NCBI GenBank assembly: GCA_934162365.1 | Contig: CAKPIK010000001.1 | Coordinates: 170,877-234,876, forward strand | Origin: an uncultured Clostridia bacterium | GTDB taxonomy: Bacteria > Bacillota > Clostridia > TANB77 > CAG-508 | DNA: 64,000 bases | Direction of reading: 5' to 3' | Part shown: one piece after another, positions 10,271 through 20,459 of the stretch | How the letters are laid out: every line of letters begins with the position of its first letter | How positions within the stretch are numbered: the first letter of the stretch is position 1 | Program-made: the position numbers and the translations under genes | The notes under the pieces: generated by a model | Databases searched by the model: none | What the model was told of the DNA's origin: nothing | What the model saw: the letters and a program-made list of their open reading frames with translations, nothing else

Positions 10271-11464
10271 TTAATCTTTTGGTGTTAATAATAAATTTTG
10301 CAATACATTTCCTGCAACCTTATTGTGTGATATTACAGGATGCACATAAAAGTTTAATGTCGTTGTAATTTGTGCATGTCCTAGTCTTGCTGCGACAACT
10401 GCAATATCTATGTTTTGAGATATTAAAAGTGTAGCATTTGTATGCCTTAATCCGTGAAAGTTTATTACGGGAAGACCGATATTTCCTACAAATTTTACAA
10501 ACCATTTACTGATTGTATCTGGATGCATAGGTTTGCCATCAGCTTGTACAAATAATCTATTAGAATTAGTCCATAATTCGCCATATAATGATTTTTGTTC
10601 TTCATACCACAACTTATATTCTTCAAGCAATGAAATCACAAATGTAGGTATAGCAACTTCTCTAATTGAGCTTTCTGTTTTAGGTTCTTTGGTAAATACT
10701 CCTTTATCAGATAAATATTGACTTGCTTTGTTAATACTAATAATTCCATTTCTAAAATCAATATCATTCCATTCTAATCCCATAAGTTCGCCAAGTCTTA
10801 CCCCAGTGAATATTGTAATGATAATAGCTACTTTGTATTTTATATTATCTGCATTTAGCAGTTCTAAATGTTCTAATAAAAATTTACATTGCTCATCATC
10901 ATAATATCTTCTCTTAGGCTTATGAACTTTTGGCGGTTGAACTCTTTCGGCTGGATTATTTACAAGTAGTTGCCAGTATACAGCTTTGTGAAGCATTGCT
11001 CGAAGTAATCTGTGATGTTCTAAAATGGTTTTTCTAGATAAGGGCTTTTTTAGTCTTTCACCTTTGTTATTTTTTAATCTTTTAATTTGTGTATCATTTT
11101 CAAGCATATCATAAAATTTCATAATATCTGTAGGCTTAATCTTATCCAGTTTAAACTTGCCAAAGTATGGTAGAATTCTAGTGTTTAAGATTGCGACATA
11201 TCTAGAATAAGTTGTAGGCGCCAGTTCTTTAGCACCATAATCTCTTTTCCATATTTCAGTAAATTCTTCAAACGTAATAGAATTGCCTTCAATAACATTT
11301 CCTTTCTCAACATCTGCAACAAATTTTGCTAGTTCAAGCTTGGCTTCCTTTTTTGTACAATGAACAGTTTTTGTATGTCTTGCAGGACTACCATCTAGGT
11401 TTTTACCGCAAAAGTAAACCAACCTATATGTGTCTGTACCTCTTTTTTCTATACTCCCTGCCAT
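10271..11464 (-). CDS. site-specific tyrosine recombinase / phage-type integrase
   Basis: 397 aa. The C-terminal catalytic region HGLRHTNATLL ... RLGHAQITTTLNFYVHPV matches the R..HxxR..Y tyrosine recombinase signature. Position next to a tRNA 3' end is classic. Confidence 0.85.
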   Translation of the reverse strand: MAGSIEKRGTDTYRLVYFCGKNLDGSPARHTKTVHCTKKEAKLELAKFVADVEKGNVIEGNSITFEEFTEIWKRDYGAKELAPTTYSRYVAILNTRILPYFGKFKLDKIKPTDIMKFYDMLENDTQIKRLKNNKGERLKKPLSRKTILEHHRLLRAMLHKAVYWQLLVNNPAERVQPPKVHKPKRRYYDDEQCKFLLEHLELLNADNIKYKVAIIITIFTGVRLGELMGLEWNDIDFRNGIISINKASQYLSDKGVFTKEPKTESSIREVAIPTFVISLLEEYKLWYEEQKSLYGELWTNSNRLFVQADGKPMHPDTISKWFVKFVGNIGLPVINFHGLRHTNATLLISQNIDIAVVAARLGHAQITTTLNFYVHPVISHNKVAGNVLQNLLLTPKD

Positions 11465-11732
11465 ATTATCCTCCTTTCCGTGTGGGAGAGAGTATTTTTG
11501 TAACCTACAATGAAATTACAAGTTAAAGATTGTATATATTAATTATACAAAGTAAAAAAACAAAAGTCTAACCGACAATGGATGTTTTGGAAAAGTTTTT
11601 GAGAAGTGTATGGTAAAAACAAGAAAAATGTCGAAAGATAGGGAAAGAAAAAATACTAATTTTTGATATTTGGTGGAAAAAAATGTAATATATTGTTATA
11701 ATAATGTATAGGAAAAAAGAGGGGGCGGATTT

Positions 11733-12680
11733 ATGAGAAATATAGAAAGGCAAATATATTTTTATGAAGTTAAATTAGAAAAATATTTTAAAGAAGGAAA
11801 TAAAATGGCTATATCAGAAAATTATAAAGAAGATATGAAAGAACTTTTCTCAAAGTTCGAAGAATTTCCTTTTGATAAAAGTAATATAGATTATTCTAGA
11901 TATTTAAAAAAGAATAATGGAACATATGATTTTATAAAAGTTGATACCATTAATGATAAATATATAGAAGGTAAACTTATAAATTCAGATGATAGTGGTT
12001 TGACATATTATGAAGTAAATGGCGAAATTAAGTTTTTAAAAGATACATTAACTAAGGCTGGTAGTATTGCTGAAATATCACATTTTATAATATTCTTAGA
12101 TAGTAAAATAATGGCTTTTGAATATAATGCTAAATCATCACATTCTCCAAGTTTAGCCAATTATATAAATAAAAAATTGGAAGGAATATATGATATAACT
12201 TTTCTAAATTTAATAAATAAAAATAAAGAGAGAAGATTTAATTCATTACAACAAGTCAAATCTTTTAAATTTACAACTAGTAGTAAACTTTTATTAGAGA
12301 GCCAAGCTTCTCAAAAAGGATTATTTAGAGCTGCATCAGCTGCACTTGATTTAACAAAAAGAAGTACAGATGTAGAACAAAAAATTACTATTGAAATCAA
12401 ACCAACAAGAATAACAAAAGAAAATAAACAACCTTACTATGATGCTGAAGAATTAAAAGAATCCATAAATGATTTTAAAGAGAGTGTAGATGACTTTGAA
12501 AAATATTTTCAACTAGATATTGTAGGTATAAATGAATTAAATGAACAAATAGCGGTAAACTATACAAAAGATATATTAAAAAGTGGAATAAGACTTGAAC
12601 CTAATGAAGTGGAATCAAAAAATTTTTATAGTAAAATGAAGGAATCTTATCTAAAAATATATAATAAATATATAAAGTGA
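11733..12680 (+). CDS. hypothetical protein (315 aa), first cargo gene of the island
   Basis: ORF with a strong RBS (AGAGGGGGCGG). I recognise no family. A weak D-x8-EGK pattern (DFIKVDTINDKYIEGK) could be a PD-(D/E)xK-like motif. Confidence 0.45.
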   Translation: MRNIERQIYFYEVKLEKYFKEGNKMAISENYKEDMKELFSKFEEFPFDKSNIDYSRYLKKNNGTYDFIKVDTINDKYIEGKLINSDDSGLTYYEVNGEIKFLKDTLTKAGSIAEISHFIIFLDSKIMAFEYNAKSSHSPSLANYINKKLEGIYDITFLNLINKNKERRFNSLQQVKSFKFTTSSKLLLESQASQKGLFRAASAALDLTKRSTDVEQKITIEIKPTRITKENKQPYYDAEELKESINDFKESVDDFEKYFQLDIVGINELNEQIAVNYTKDILKSGIRLEPNEVESKNFYSKMKESYLKIYNKYIK

Positions 12681-12690
12681 GGGTAATTTT

Positions 12691-13206
12691 ATGAAAAAAA
12701 TAAGAGATGATGTTTTTGAATTTGCTTTGAGACATACTATATTAATATCAGTAATTATTAATATAATTATATTGTTAATATCTAAAGATAATATAACTAA
12801 TTACTTTTCAGAGGAAAAAAACAATATATTAAATATGATAATATCAGTTTCAGGAACATTGTTTGGATTTATATTAACATTCTTATCTATATTTATTGTA
12901 TTTAAAACAGAAGAAAAATATAAGAAAAATGATGATAATATAAATAATCCATTTATATTATTGATCAACAATAAAAATTTTAATGAAATTTATGATTTGT
13001 TTATAAAAAGCTCCTATTCATTGGGTATACTGCTTGTAATATCAATAATTTATTATTTTACATCATATGGATTAAACTATTGGGTAAATTATATATTTAT
13101 AGCAGTTGTGTTTGAATTTATTATTTTATCAATTATAAGAGTTTTTCTTTCAATATATACGTTTAATACATTAATAAGAATTTTAATTAATTCAAATAAA
13201 GAATAA
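12691..13206 (+). CDS. hypothetical membrane protein (171 aa, about 4 TM)
   Basis: Hydrophobic segments. It is translationally adjacent to the preceding ORF with a 10 nt gap. Confidence 0.45.
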   Translation: MKKIRDDVFEFALRHTILISVIINIIILLISKDNITNYFSEEKNNILNMIISVSGTLFGFILTFLSIFIVFKTEEKYKKNDDNINNPFILLINNKNFNEIYDLFIKSSYSLGILLVISIIYYFTSYGLNYWVNYIFIAVVFEFIILSIIRVFLSIYTFNTLIRILINSNKE

Positions 13207-13236
13207 GAAGCTAGACTTTCTAGCTTCTTATTTTTG
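13207..13236 (+). terminator. rho-independent terminator
   Basis: Perfect hairpin GAAGCTAGACTTTCTAGCTTC followed by TTATTTTTG. Confidence 0.6.
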
Positions 13237-13295
13237 TACTATTAATCCATTTCTCAAATTCATCATCAGTAATTTTCTCTTTAATATATCTATTT

Positions 13296-13340
13296 TTAAA
13301 GTGTAACCATTTTAATTTTAAAGTGCAAATTTTGCACTTT
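13296..13340. promoter_or_regulatory. operator-like module: half-site TTAAAGTGTAACC plus 21 bp palindrome AAAGTGCAA-ATT-TTGCACTTT
   Basis: The perfect 9-3-9 palindrome is read directly. The same module recurs at 20771-20816. Confidence 0.45.
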
Positions 13341-13476
13341 GAAATTGATTGTTAAAAAATATCACAACATACTATATATCTTATTTAGAAATAACAAAAC
13401 AAAAAACGAATAACAACTTTCTTTTTTGGAAATAATATGATATAATATTAATATAATAAAAAGGAGTGATTTTATT

Positions 13477-14406
13477 ATGTTAGGAGAAAGAATAAAAGCA
13501 TATAGAGAAAGTAAAAAAATGACTCAAAAGGATATTGCAGAAATTCTTGAAGTAGAGCCAGGAACAATATCAAAATATGAATCTGGAATGATAGAGCCTA
13601 ATATAGAATCAATAAAGAGATTAGCAGAAACATTTGGAATAACGATTGATGAGTTATTAAAAAATGAAGATGAGAAATTTGATATTTCCAAAATAGATAT
13701 TTTAGAATACTTAAAAGAGCAAAAAGAAATGGGACTAAAAGGAAACTTATATCATAATACACAAGTTATATTCGCCTACAACACAAATCATATTGAAGGA
13801 AGTAAACTAACGGAAGATCAAACAAGATATATTTTCGAAACTAATACTATTTTGTTTGAGGATCAAACAGTAGCAAGTGTAGATGATATATTAGAAACAT
13901 CAAATCATTTTAAATTAGTTGATTATATGTTAGAGGTAGCTGAAGAAAAATTAACAGAAGAAATGATAAAAGAATTCCATAAAATTTTAAAAGAAGGAAC
14001 ATCAGATAGCAGAAAAGAATGGTTTAATGTTGGAGAATATAAAAAATTAGCTAATGAAGCTGGAAATATGCAAACTTCTCTTCATAAAAATGTAGCCAAA
14101 GATATGGCTAAATTAATGGAATGGTATAATTCTTTAGAAAAAATAACTATAAAAGAAATAATAGAATTTCATTTCAGATTTGAAAGAATACATCCATTCC
14201 AAGATGGTAATGGAAGAGTAGGAAGAATAATTGCTTTTAAAGAATGTTTAAAAAATAATATAGTACCATTTATTATTTTAGATAAAGATAAATTATTCTA
14301 TTATAGAGGATTAAAGGAATATAAAAATGAAAAAGGATTTTTAATAGACACTTGCTTAAATGCACAAGACCAATATGCAAATATGGTAGAGTATTATTTA
14401 AAATAA
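13477..14406 (+). CDS. XRE-family HTH domain fused to a Fic (AMPylation/filamentation) domain protein
   Basis: N-terminal HTH_XRE (MLGERIKAYRESKKMTQKDIAEILEVEPGTISKYESG). A canonical Fic motif HPFQDGNGRVGR is at the C-terminal half. Confidence 0.8.
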   Translation: MLGERIKAYRESKKMTQKDIAEILEVEPGTISKYESGMIEPNIESIKRLAETFGITIDELLKNEDEKFDISKIDILEYLKEQKEMGLKGNLYHNTQVIFAYNTNHIEGSKLTEDQTRYIFETNTILFEDQTVASVDDILETSNHFKLVDYMLEVAEEKLTEEMIKEFHKILKEGTSDSRKEWFNVGEYKKLANEAGNMQTSLHKNVAKDMAKLMEWYNSLEKITIKEIIEFHFRFERIHPFQDGNGRVGRIIAFKECLKNNIVPFIILDKDKLFYYRGLKEYKNEKGFLIDTCLNAQDQYANMVEYYLK

Positions 14407-14690
14407 AAAGCGACACTAATTATAAACTAATAAGGAAGTCACATTAATTAAGCTTATATTAAACTACTTTAAAAATCAAAAAATATGTGCTATACTAATA
14501 TTGTAGTATTTCAATTCGTCCATTCGCGTGATACTACCGAAGAAATTATAATAAAGAATGTTGAGAATCTTTCTTTATGAATGGCAAAATTTAACCATAG
14601 CAAAATTATGGTTGTTTTTGCTTTGTTCATAGAAGGGAGGTTCTTTTTGTATATACAACCAAATATAAAAAGATAAAGGAGAAAATAAAA

Positions 14691-15455
14691 ATGCAAGAAA
14701 GTGAATTAAAATATTACGAAAAAATAGGAAACTGGGATTTTAGTCAAATAAACTGTAACACTGAAAATGTAACTAATTGGGATTTATATGAAAAGATAAG
14801 AGAATATTCTAATGAAAAATCCTTATGTTTAGATTTAGGAACAGGTGGAGGAGAAAGAGTTTTAAATAATTATCCAGATGTTGGGATGATTATTGCTACA
14901 GATTTTTCTGAAGAAATGATAAAAACAGCAAAAGAAAATACTAAAAAATATCCAAACAAAAAAGTAAAATTTACTAAAATGAACAATTTAGAAATGAATT
15001 TTCCAAAAGAAACTTTTGACTTGATTTCAGCAAGACACACAATAATAAATGCAAAACAAATTTATAATTGCTTGATACCAAATGGCGTTATTGTTATAGA
15101 GGGAATAGATAAAAAAGACTGCTGGGAAATAAAAGAATTATTCGGAAGAGGGCAAAGTTATAGTGACGAAATAGCTATATCAGAAAAAGATTATTTAGAT
15201 TTGAAAAATGCTGGCTTTAAAAATATTGAAAAAATGGAAATATTGCAAAATGAATATTATGAAACGGAAGATGATTTGATGGCACTTCTTTTAAAGACAC
15301 CAATATTAGATGATTTTTCTGAGTTAAAAAAAGAAGAGTTTGAACACAGAACAATAGTTGAAAAAGATCTGTTTGATGAATATGTAAAAAGGTATAAAAC
15401 CAAAAAAGGGATATTATTAAAGAGAGTTTTATATGGAATTGTAGCTAAAAAATAA
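14691..15455 (+). CDS. class I SAM-dependent methyltransferase (254 aa)
   Basis: Motif I LDLGTGGGE and an overall small methyltransferase layout. The target is unknown. Confidence 0.65.
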   Translation: MQESELKYYEKIGNWDFSQINCNTENVTNWDLYEKIREYSNEKSLCLDLGTGGGERVLNNYPDVGMIIATDFSEEMIKTAKENTKKYPNKKVKFTKMNNLEMNFPKETFDLISARHTIINAKQIYNCLIPNGVIVIEGIDKKDCWEIKELFGRGQSYSDEIAISEKDYLDLKNAGFKNIEKMEILQNEYYETEDDLMALLLKTPILDDFSELKKEEFEHRTIVEKDLFDEYVKRYKTKKGILLKRVLYGIVAKK

Positions 15456-15538
15456 AATTAGATGGATTATTTGTAATTTGTGGAAAAAATAGTAAATTTA
15501 TGATAGAATACAAGTAAATATTTTTTGGGAGAAATGTA

Positions 15539-15853
15539 ATGAAAGAGTTAGAAGAAAAAATAGTTAAATTTGCAGAAGATAGAGATTGGTTACAATTTAA
15601 TACACCAGAAAACTTAGCCAAGTCAATATCTATTGAGGCAGGAGAATTACTGGAATGTTTTCAATGGAATAATAATTACGACAAAGATGAACTTAAATTT
15701 GAAATTGCAGATGTTATGAATTATTGTATTCTTTTGTGTCATCAAATAGGAGTTGATCCTAAGCAAATAATCTTAGATAAAATGAAAATATCTGAGAGAA
15801 AATATCCTGTAGAAAAAGCTAAGGGAGTTAGTACAAAATATAATAAATTATAG
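15539..15853 (+). CDS. MazG-like nucleotide pyrophosphohydrolase (small all-alpha NTP-PPase)
   Basis: 104 aa. The EAGELLECFQW...E.ADV pattern is typical of MazG/NTP-PPase helices. Confidence 0.65.
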   Translation: MKELEEKIVKFAEDRDWLQFNTPENLAKSISIEAGELLECFQWNNNYDKDELKFEIADVMNYCILLCHQIGVDPKQIILDKMKISERKYPVEKAKGVSTKYNKL

Positions 15854-15862
15854 GAGAAAAAC

Positions 15863-16285
15863 ATGGAAATAATTATAGCAATAATAGGCACGGCAACAGC
15901 GGTAATAACAGTATGTTTAACCAATTTCTTTTCTAAAAAAAACGAATTAAAGTATTCAGAACGAAAATTGAAGGAAAAGTATTATTTTGAATATATAAAT
16001 AGATTAAGTGATAATGTAAATTATAATGATAAAGAGTCTACACTAAAAGAAAATAAAGCATTTAATAAATTAATGTTAATCGCAAATATAGATGTATTGA
16101 ATAAACTTTACCAGTTACAAAATATAAGAATAGAAGAAATAAAAAATGGAAATATAAAAAATTATAATGAAAAATATGAAAAATTATTTAAAGAATTAAT
16201 AATAGAGATAAGAAAAGATTTGTATGGAAAAAGAGAAAAAGATTTTCCAAATATTTATTTGTTGGGAGGATTTATAAAAAAATAA
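15863..16285 (+). CDS. hypothetical protein with N-terminal TM helix (140 aa)
   Basis: N-terminal hydrophobic helix, then a K/E-rich probable coiled coil. Confidence 0.4.
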   Translation: MEIIIAIIGTATAVITVCLTNFFSKKNELKYSERKLKEKYYFEYINRLSDNVNYNDKESTLKENKAFNKLMLIANIDVLNKLYQLQNIRIEEIKNGNIKNYNEKYEKLFKELIIEIRKDLYGKREKDFPNIYLLGGFIKK

Positions 16286-16307
16286 TAATTAATGGGGGCA
16301 AATTATT

Positions 16308-18284
16308 ATGATAGTATATGAAGCGACAAAAGAGATATTTATTAATGATGTAATAAATAATCAAATAGCTAGTAGGATAGAACAATTATATAGACTAAGA
16401 GTGGGACAAAATGTTAATCCAAGAGAAAAAGAAGCTTGGAAGAATTCTATGATGTATATGAATAATGTTTTAAACGATGTTAGTATTCCAAATAATAGTG
16501 GGATAGCAATAGAATTTAAAATTCCATATACTTCTAAAAGAATAGACTTTATTATAACTGGAAGAGATAAACAAGGGAGAAACATTGCAATTATAGTTGA
16601 GTTAAAACAATGGACAGAGGCTGAAATTGTTGAAGGTCAAGATGGTATTGTTAGAACTTTTACAGGTGGTGCAATGAGAGAGGTTGCTCATCCATCTTAT
16701 CAAGCATGGTCATATGCAGCTTATATTGAAGATTTTAATGAAAATGTCCAAAGAGATAATGTAAAATTATTACCTTGTGCATATTTACACAACTATGAAA
16801 ATGTTGAACCCAAAACTATACTATCGGACAAGTATAAAGATTATATTGAAAAAGCTCCTGTATTTATTAGTGGTGATGCTCTCAAATTAAGAGAATTCAT
16901 TAAAAAGTATGTTACAGAAGGTGATAACAAGGAAACATTATATTTAATTGAAAACGGAAAAATAAAACCTTCTAAATCATTACAAGATTGTATAGCAGGA
17001 ATGGTAAAACAAAATAAAGAATTTATATTATTAGATAATCAAAAAGTAGTATATGAAACAGCAATGGAAATGGCAAAGAAATCTAATGAAGATGGTAAAA
17101 AAAGATGTTTAATTGTTAAAGGTGGACCAGGTACAGGAAAAACAGTCTTAGCAATAAATCTACTATCAGATTTAACAAACAAGCCATATGAAATGGTATG
17201 CCACTATGTAACTAAAAATGCTGCGCCAAGAGCAGTATTTAAAGCTAAATTAAAAGGAACAGAAAAGATATCTAAAATAGATAATATGTTTAAAGGTTCA
17301 GGAATATATACTGAAGCTAAAAAAGATGATGTAGGAGTTATTCTAGCAGATGAAGCACATAGGTTAAATGCAAAATCAGGTATGTTTAAGAATCAAGGAG
17401 AAAATCAAATAAAAGAAATTATAAATGCAGCCAAGTTTTCAGTTTTCTTTATTGATGAAACACAAAGAATAGATATTTACGATATAGGTTCAGTTGACGA
17501 AATTGAAAAATATTTAGATGAATTCGGAATAGTAGGAGAAGAAAGAAAAATATTAGAGCTTGAATCTCAATTTAGATGTAATGGTTCAGATGGATATTTG
17601 GCATGGTTAGATGATGTGCTAGAAATAAGACAAACAGCTAATAATGATGGATTTGATATTGATTACGATATTCAAATAATGGATAATCCTAATGATGTTA
17701 AGGATAAAATATTTGAATTAAATAAAATAAATAATAAAGCAAGATTATTGGCAGGATATTGTTGGACTTGGATTAAGGAAGGTAAAAATGATACGAAGGT
17801 TCACGATATAGTTATACCAGAATATAACTTTGAAATGAGTTGGAATTTAGGAAGCAGTTCGACTTGGGCAATTGATCCTGAATCTGTAAATGAAGTAGGA
17901 TGCATACATACATCTCAAGGATTAGAATTCGATTATACAGGAGTAATAATTGGTAAAGATTTGAGATATGAAAATGGTAAAATTATTACTGACTTTACAG
18001 AAAGAGCAAGTACAGATAATTCATTAAAAGGAATTAAGAAAATGTACAAAGAAAATCCTGAAAAAGCATTAAAACTAGCTGATGAAATTATAAAAAATAC
18101 ATATAGAACTCTTATGACTAGAGGTCAGAAGGGATGCTATATCTATTGTGAGGACAAGCCTTTAGCTGAGTATTTAAAAAGTAGGATAAATAGATGTAAT
18201 GGAATTACTTATGCAACAGATGAAGAAGATGAAAATTACGAAATGATGGTTGCTGAAGCTAGTGAAGAGTATAGATACGAATAA
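16308..18284 (+). CDS. DUF2075-like protein: N-terminal PD-(D/E)xK nuclease-like region fused to an SF1-type P-loop ATPase/helicase
   Basis: RIDFIITGRD...IAIIVELKQW (D..ExK), Walker A GGPGTGKT, Walker B ILADEAHRL, and a helicase C-terminal motif HTSQGLEFDYTGVIIG. Confidence 0.7.
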   Translation: MIVYEATKEIFINDVINNQIASRIEQLYRLRVGQNVNPREKEAWKNSMMYMNNVLNDVSIPNNSGIAIEFKIPYTSKRIDFIITGRDKQGRNIAIIVELKQWTEAEIVEGQDGIVRTFTGGAMREVAHPSYQAWSYAAYIEDFNENVQRDNVKLLPCAYLHNYENVEPKTILSDKYKDYIEKAPVFISGDALKLREFIKKYVTEGDNKETLYLIENGKIKPSKSLQDCIAGMVKQNKEFILLDNQKVVYETAMEMAKKSNEDGKKRCLIVKGGPGTGKTVLAINLLSDLTNKPYEMVCHYVTKNAAPRAVFKAKLKGTEKISKIDNMFKGSGIYTEAKKDDVGVILADEAHRLNAKSGMFKNQGENQIKEIINAAKFSVFFIDETQRIDIYDIGSVDEIEKYLDEFGIVGEERKILELESQFRCNGSDGYLAWLDDVLEIRQTANNDGFDIDYDIQIMDNPNDVKDKIFELNKINNKARLLAGYCWTWIKEGKNDTKVHDIVIPEYNFEMSWNLGSSSTWAIDPESVNEVGCIHTSQGLEFDYTGVIIGKDLRYENGKIITDFTERASTDNSLKGIKKMYKENPEKALKLADEIIKNTYRTLMTRGQKGCYIYCEDKPLAEYLKSRINRCNGITYATDEEDENYEMMVAEASEEYRYE

Positions 18285-18426
18285 GACTAAAGAAAAGCAA
18301 AATATGAATGTAAAAATACAGGATTATTTTGTATTTTTTGATAGAAAAATACAAGCTTCGACAAAATTTGCGGATAAAAAATGCTATAGTATATAAGACG
18401 TATTATAATATAAAGGAGAATAAAAA

Positions 18427-18825
18427 ATGTACAAAGAACTGAAAGTTATTTATAAAATAATAGCATGGATAATATGCGCAGTAACAATTGATCTAATAGA
18501 TTTGACAGATAGTTTTATTTTAAATTATTTTATAATACCACCTATTATAGAATTTATTATAGAAAATTTATCATATTTAACATGTAATATAATTGTATAC
18601 AGAAAATTAGATATCAATAATTCTTTTTTTGGTAGTTTTGGATATTGGATTTCATATATTATATATATATTAATATTGTTTGGAATATTAGTTATTTTAA
18701 AATTTGCTGGAGTGATACCGTTTGTAACCAATCTAGATACGAAAATTTTTAATAAAATTATGAATTATATAAAAGATATGTTTATGATACCAGTGAATCA
18801 AATTGTAGAAATATTAAAAAATTAA
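18427..18825 (+). CDS. hypothetical small membrane protein (132 aa)
   Basis: Three or four hydrophobic helices. It sits between the DUF2075 and Mrr-like genes. Confidence 0.4.
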   Translation: MYKELKVIYKIIAWIICAVTIDLIDLTDSFILNYFIIPPIIEFIIENLSYLTCNIIVYRKLDINNSFFGSFGYWISYIIYILILFGILVILKFAGVIPFVTNLDTKIFNKIMNYIKDMFMIPVNQIVEILKN

Positions 18826-18848
18826 AAAATTTATATAAGGAGGTAATT

Positions 18849-20417
18849 ATGGCAAATAGAAATTACTACAGAATAGTTTTATCTAATGATTTTTTAGGAT
18901 TAAGTAAAGAAATTAGTGCACCTAACAGATATGAATTAGATATAAAAGTAGAAAATCAGAAAAGAATATGGGATGAAAGAGTTAAAAGAGAATTGGTAAG
19001 ACAAGATAAAGAGCAAATGAAATTAAAAGCAGATAGATTAACTAAAATGGATGAAAGAAAAATGAAGGAATATGAAAATATTGCTAAAAAATGCTATTTT
19101 CAGAAATCAAGAAAATATTATGATAGTTTAATAAACAATAAAGAATATGAAAAATATGTTAGTAAATTAGCATGTCCAACTATAGAACAAATAAATGAGG
19201 AAATAGAAGTTCCTAAAAAGAGCTTCTTAGAAATAATACTTAAACAAAAGAAAATTAATCGTATTCAGAAGGAAGAGGAAGCTAAAAAATTATTAGAAGA
19301 AAGAACAGAAAAGTACAATCAAGATTTGATATTGGAAAAAAGTGAATATGATATAAAAAAATCTAAATATATTCAAGAGCAAGAAAATAAAAATCAAATA
19401 GTAAGAAATAATCAAGAAAAATATAATAATCATGATGTTGAACAAATAGAAAAATATTTTGAATATGTATTAGAAAAAAGCAAATTTCCAGATGAATTTG
19501 TAAAGGATTATGAAATACAGTACCTACCAGAGAAAAAGACATTAATTGTTTCATATTATTTGCCAAATGCAGACTTAATTCCTAAAACGATACAACATAA
19601 ATATGTTAGTACAAGAAATCAAATAGATGAAATCAATTTGACGGATAAAAAATTTGATAAATTTTATAATGATATAATATATATGTGCTGTTTAAGAACC
19701 TTAGAAGAAATTTTTAAATCAGATGATTTAGATAATATTCAAAATGTTGTATACAATGGATGGACAAAGTATGTAGATAAGAGTACAGGGCAAGATGCAG
19801 AAAGTTGTATAATTACAGTTGATGCTGATAAAAGTAAATTCTTAAATATTAATTTAGGAAATGTTGTATATAAAGAATGTATAAAAGGATTAAAAGGAAT
19901 TTTTGCACCAAGTATGTTATCCTTAACACCGGTTGTACCATATTTAAGTATTGATAGAAATGATTCAAGATTTATTGAGAGCAAAGAAGTTTCTGAAATA
20001 GGTTTAGATGGATTTAATCTTGCAACTATGCCATGGGAGGATTTTGAGTATTTTGTTAGAGAGTTATTTGATAAAATGTTTAACGCAAATGGTGGAGAAG
20101 TAAAAGTAACTCAAGCAAGTCATGATGGAGGAGTTGATGCAATAGCATTTGATGATGATCCAATTCGTGGTGGTAAATTTGTTATACAAGCCAAAAGGTA
20201 CAATAATGTTGTTCCAGTATCAGCAGTAAGAGATCTTTACGGAACTATGATTCATGAAGGAGCAACAAAAGGAATTTTAGTGACAACAAGTTCATATGGA
20301 AAAGAAGCTTATGATTTTTCAAAGGATAAACCTATAACTTTAATAGATGGACAAGCATTATTAGGGTTATTAAATAAATATGGTTATAGTAATTTAACAA
20401 TAAAGATTAATAAATAA
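18849..20417 (+). CDS. coiled-coil protein with C-terminal Mrr-type restriction endonuclease domain
   Basis: The C-terminal 120 aa (GGVDAIAFDDDPIRGGKFVIQAKRY....TKGILVTTSSYGKEA) matches the Mrr_cat PD-(D/E)xK fold pattern. The N-terminal 350 aa are K/E-rich coiled coil. Confidence 0.65.
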   Translation: MANRNYYRIVLSNDFLGLSKEISAPNRYELDIKVENQKRIWDERVKRELVRQDKEQMKLKADRLTKMDERKMKEYENIAKKCYFQKSRKYYDSLINNKEYEKYVSKLACPTIEQINEEIEVPKKSFLEIILKQKKINRIQKEEEAKKLLEERTEKYNQDLILEKSEYDIKKSKYIQEQENKNQIVRNNQEKYNNHDVEQIEKYFEYVLEKSKFPDEFVKDYEIQYLPEKKTLIVSYYLPNADLIPKTIQHKYVSTRNQIDEINLTDKKFDKFYNDIIYMCCLRTLEEIFKSDDLDNIQNVVYNGWTKYVDKSTGQDAESCIITVDADKSKFLNINLGNVVYKECIKGLKGIFAPSMLSLTPVVPYLSIDRNDSRFIESKEVSEIGLDGFNLATMPWEDFEYFVRELFDKMFNANGGEVKVTQASHDGGVDAIAFDDDPIRGGKFVIQAKRYNNVVPVSAVRDLYGTMIHEGATKGILVTTSSYGKEAYDFSKDKPITLIDGQALLGLLNKYGYSNLTIKINK

Positions 20418-20459
20418 GTGTATAAAAAAGCAATATAATGAAAAGTTATAGGATTAATC

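Noticed and set aside
10320-11753. Small ORFs 10320-10505(-), 10533-10721(+), 11326-11526(+), 11568-11753(-) in and around the integrase gene
   Set aside because: They are nested in or overlapping the integrase CDS or its promoter region. No RBS. Cys/Tyr-rich nonsense translations.
13320-13340. The 21 bp palindromes at 13320 and 20792 as rho-independent terminators
   Set aside because: No downstream U-tract on either strand and a 3 nt loop only. They are located upstream of promoters rather than after stop codons. Operator function fits better, and they are kept as regulatory findings.
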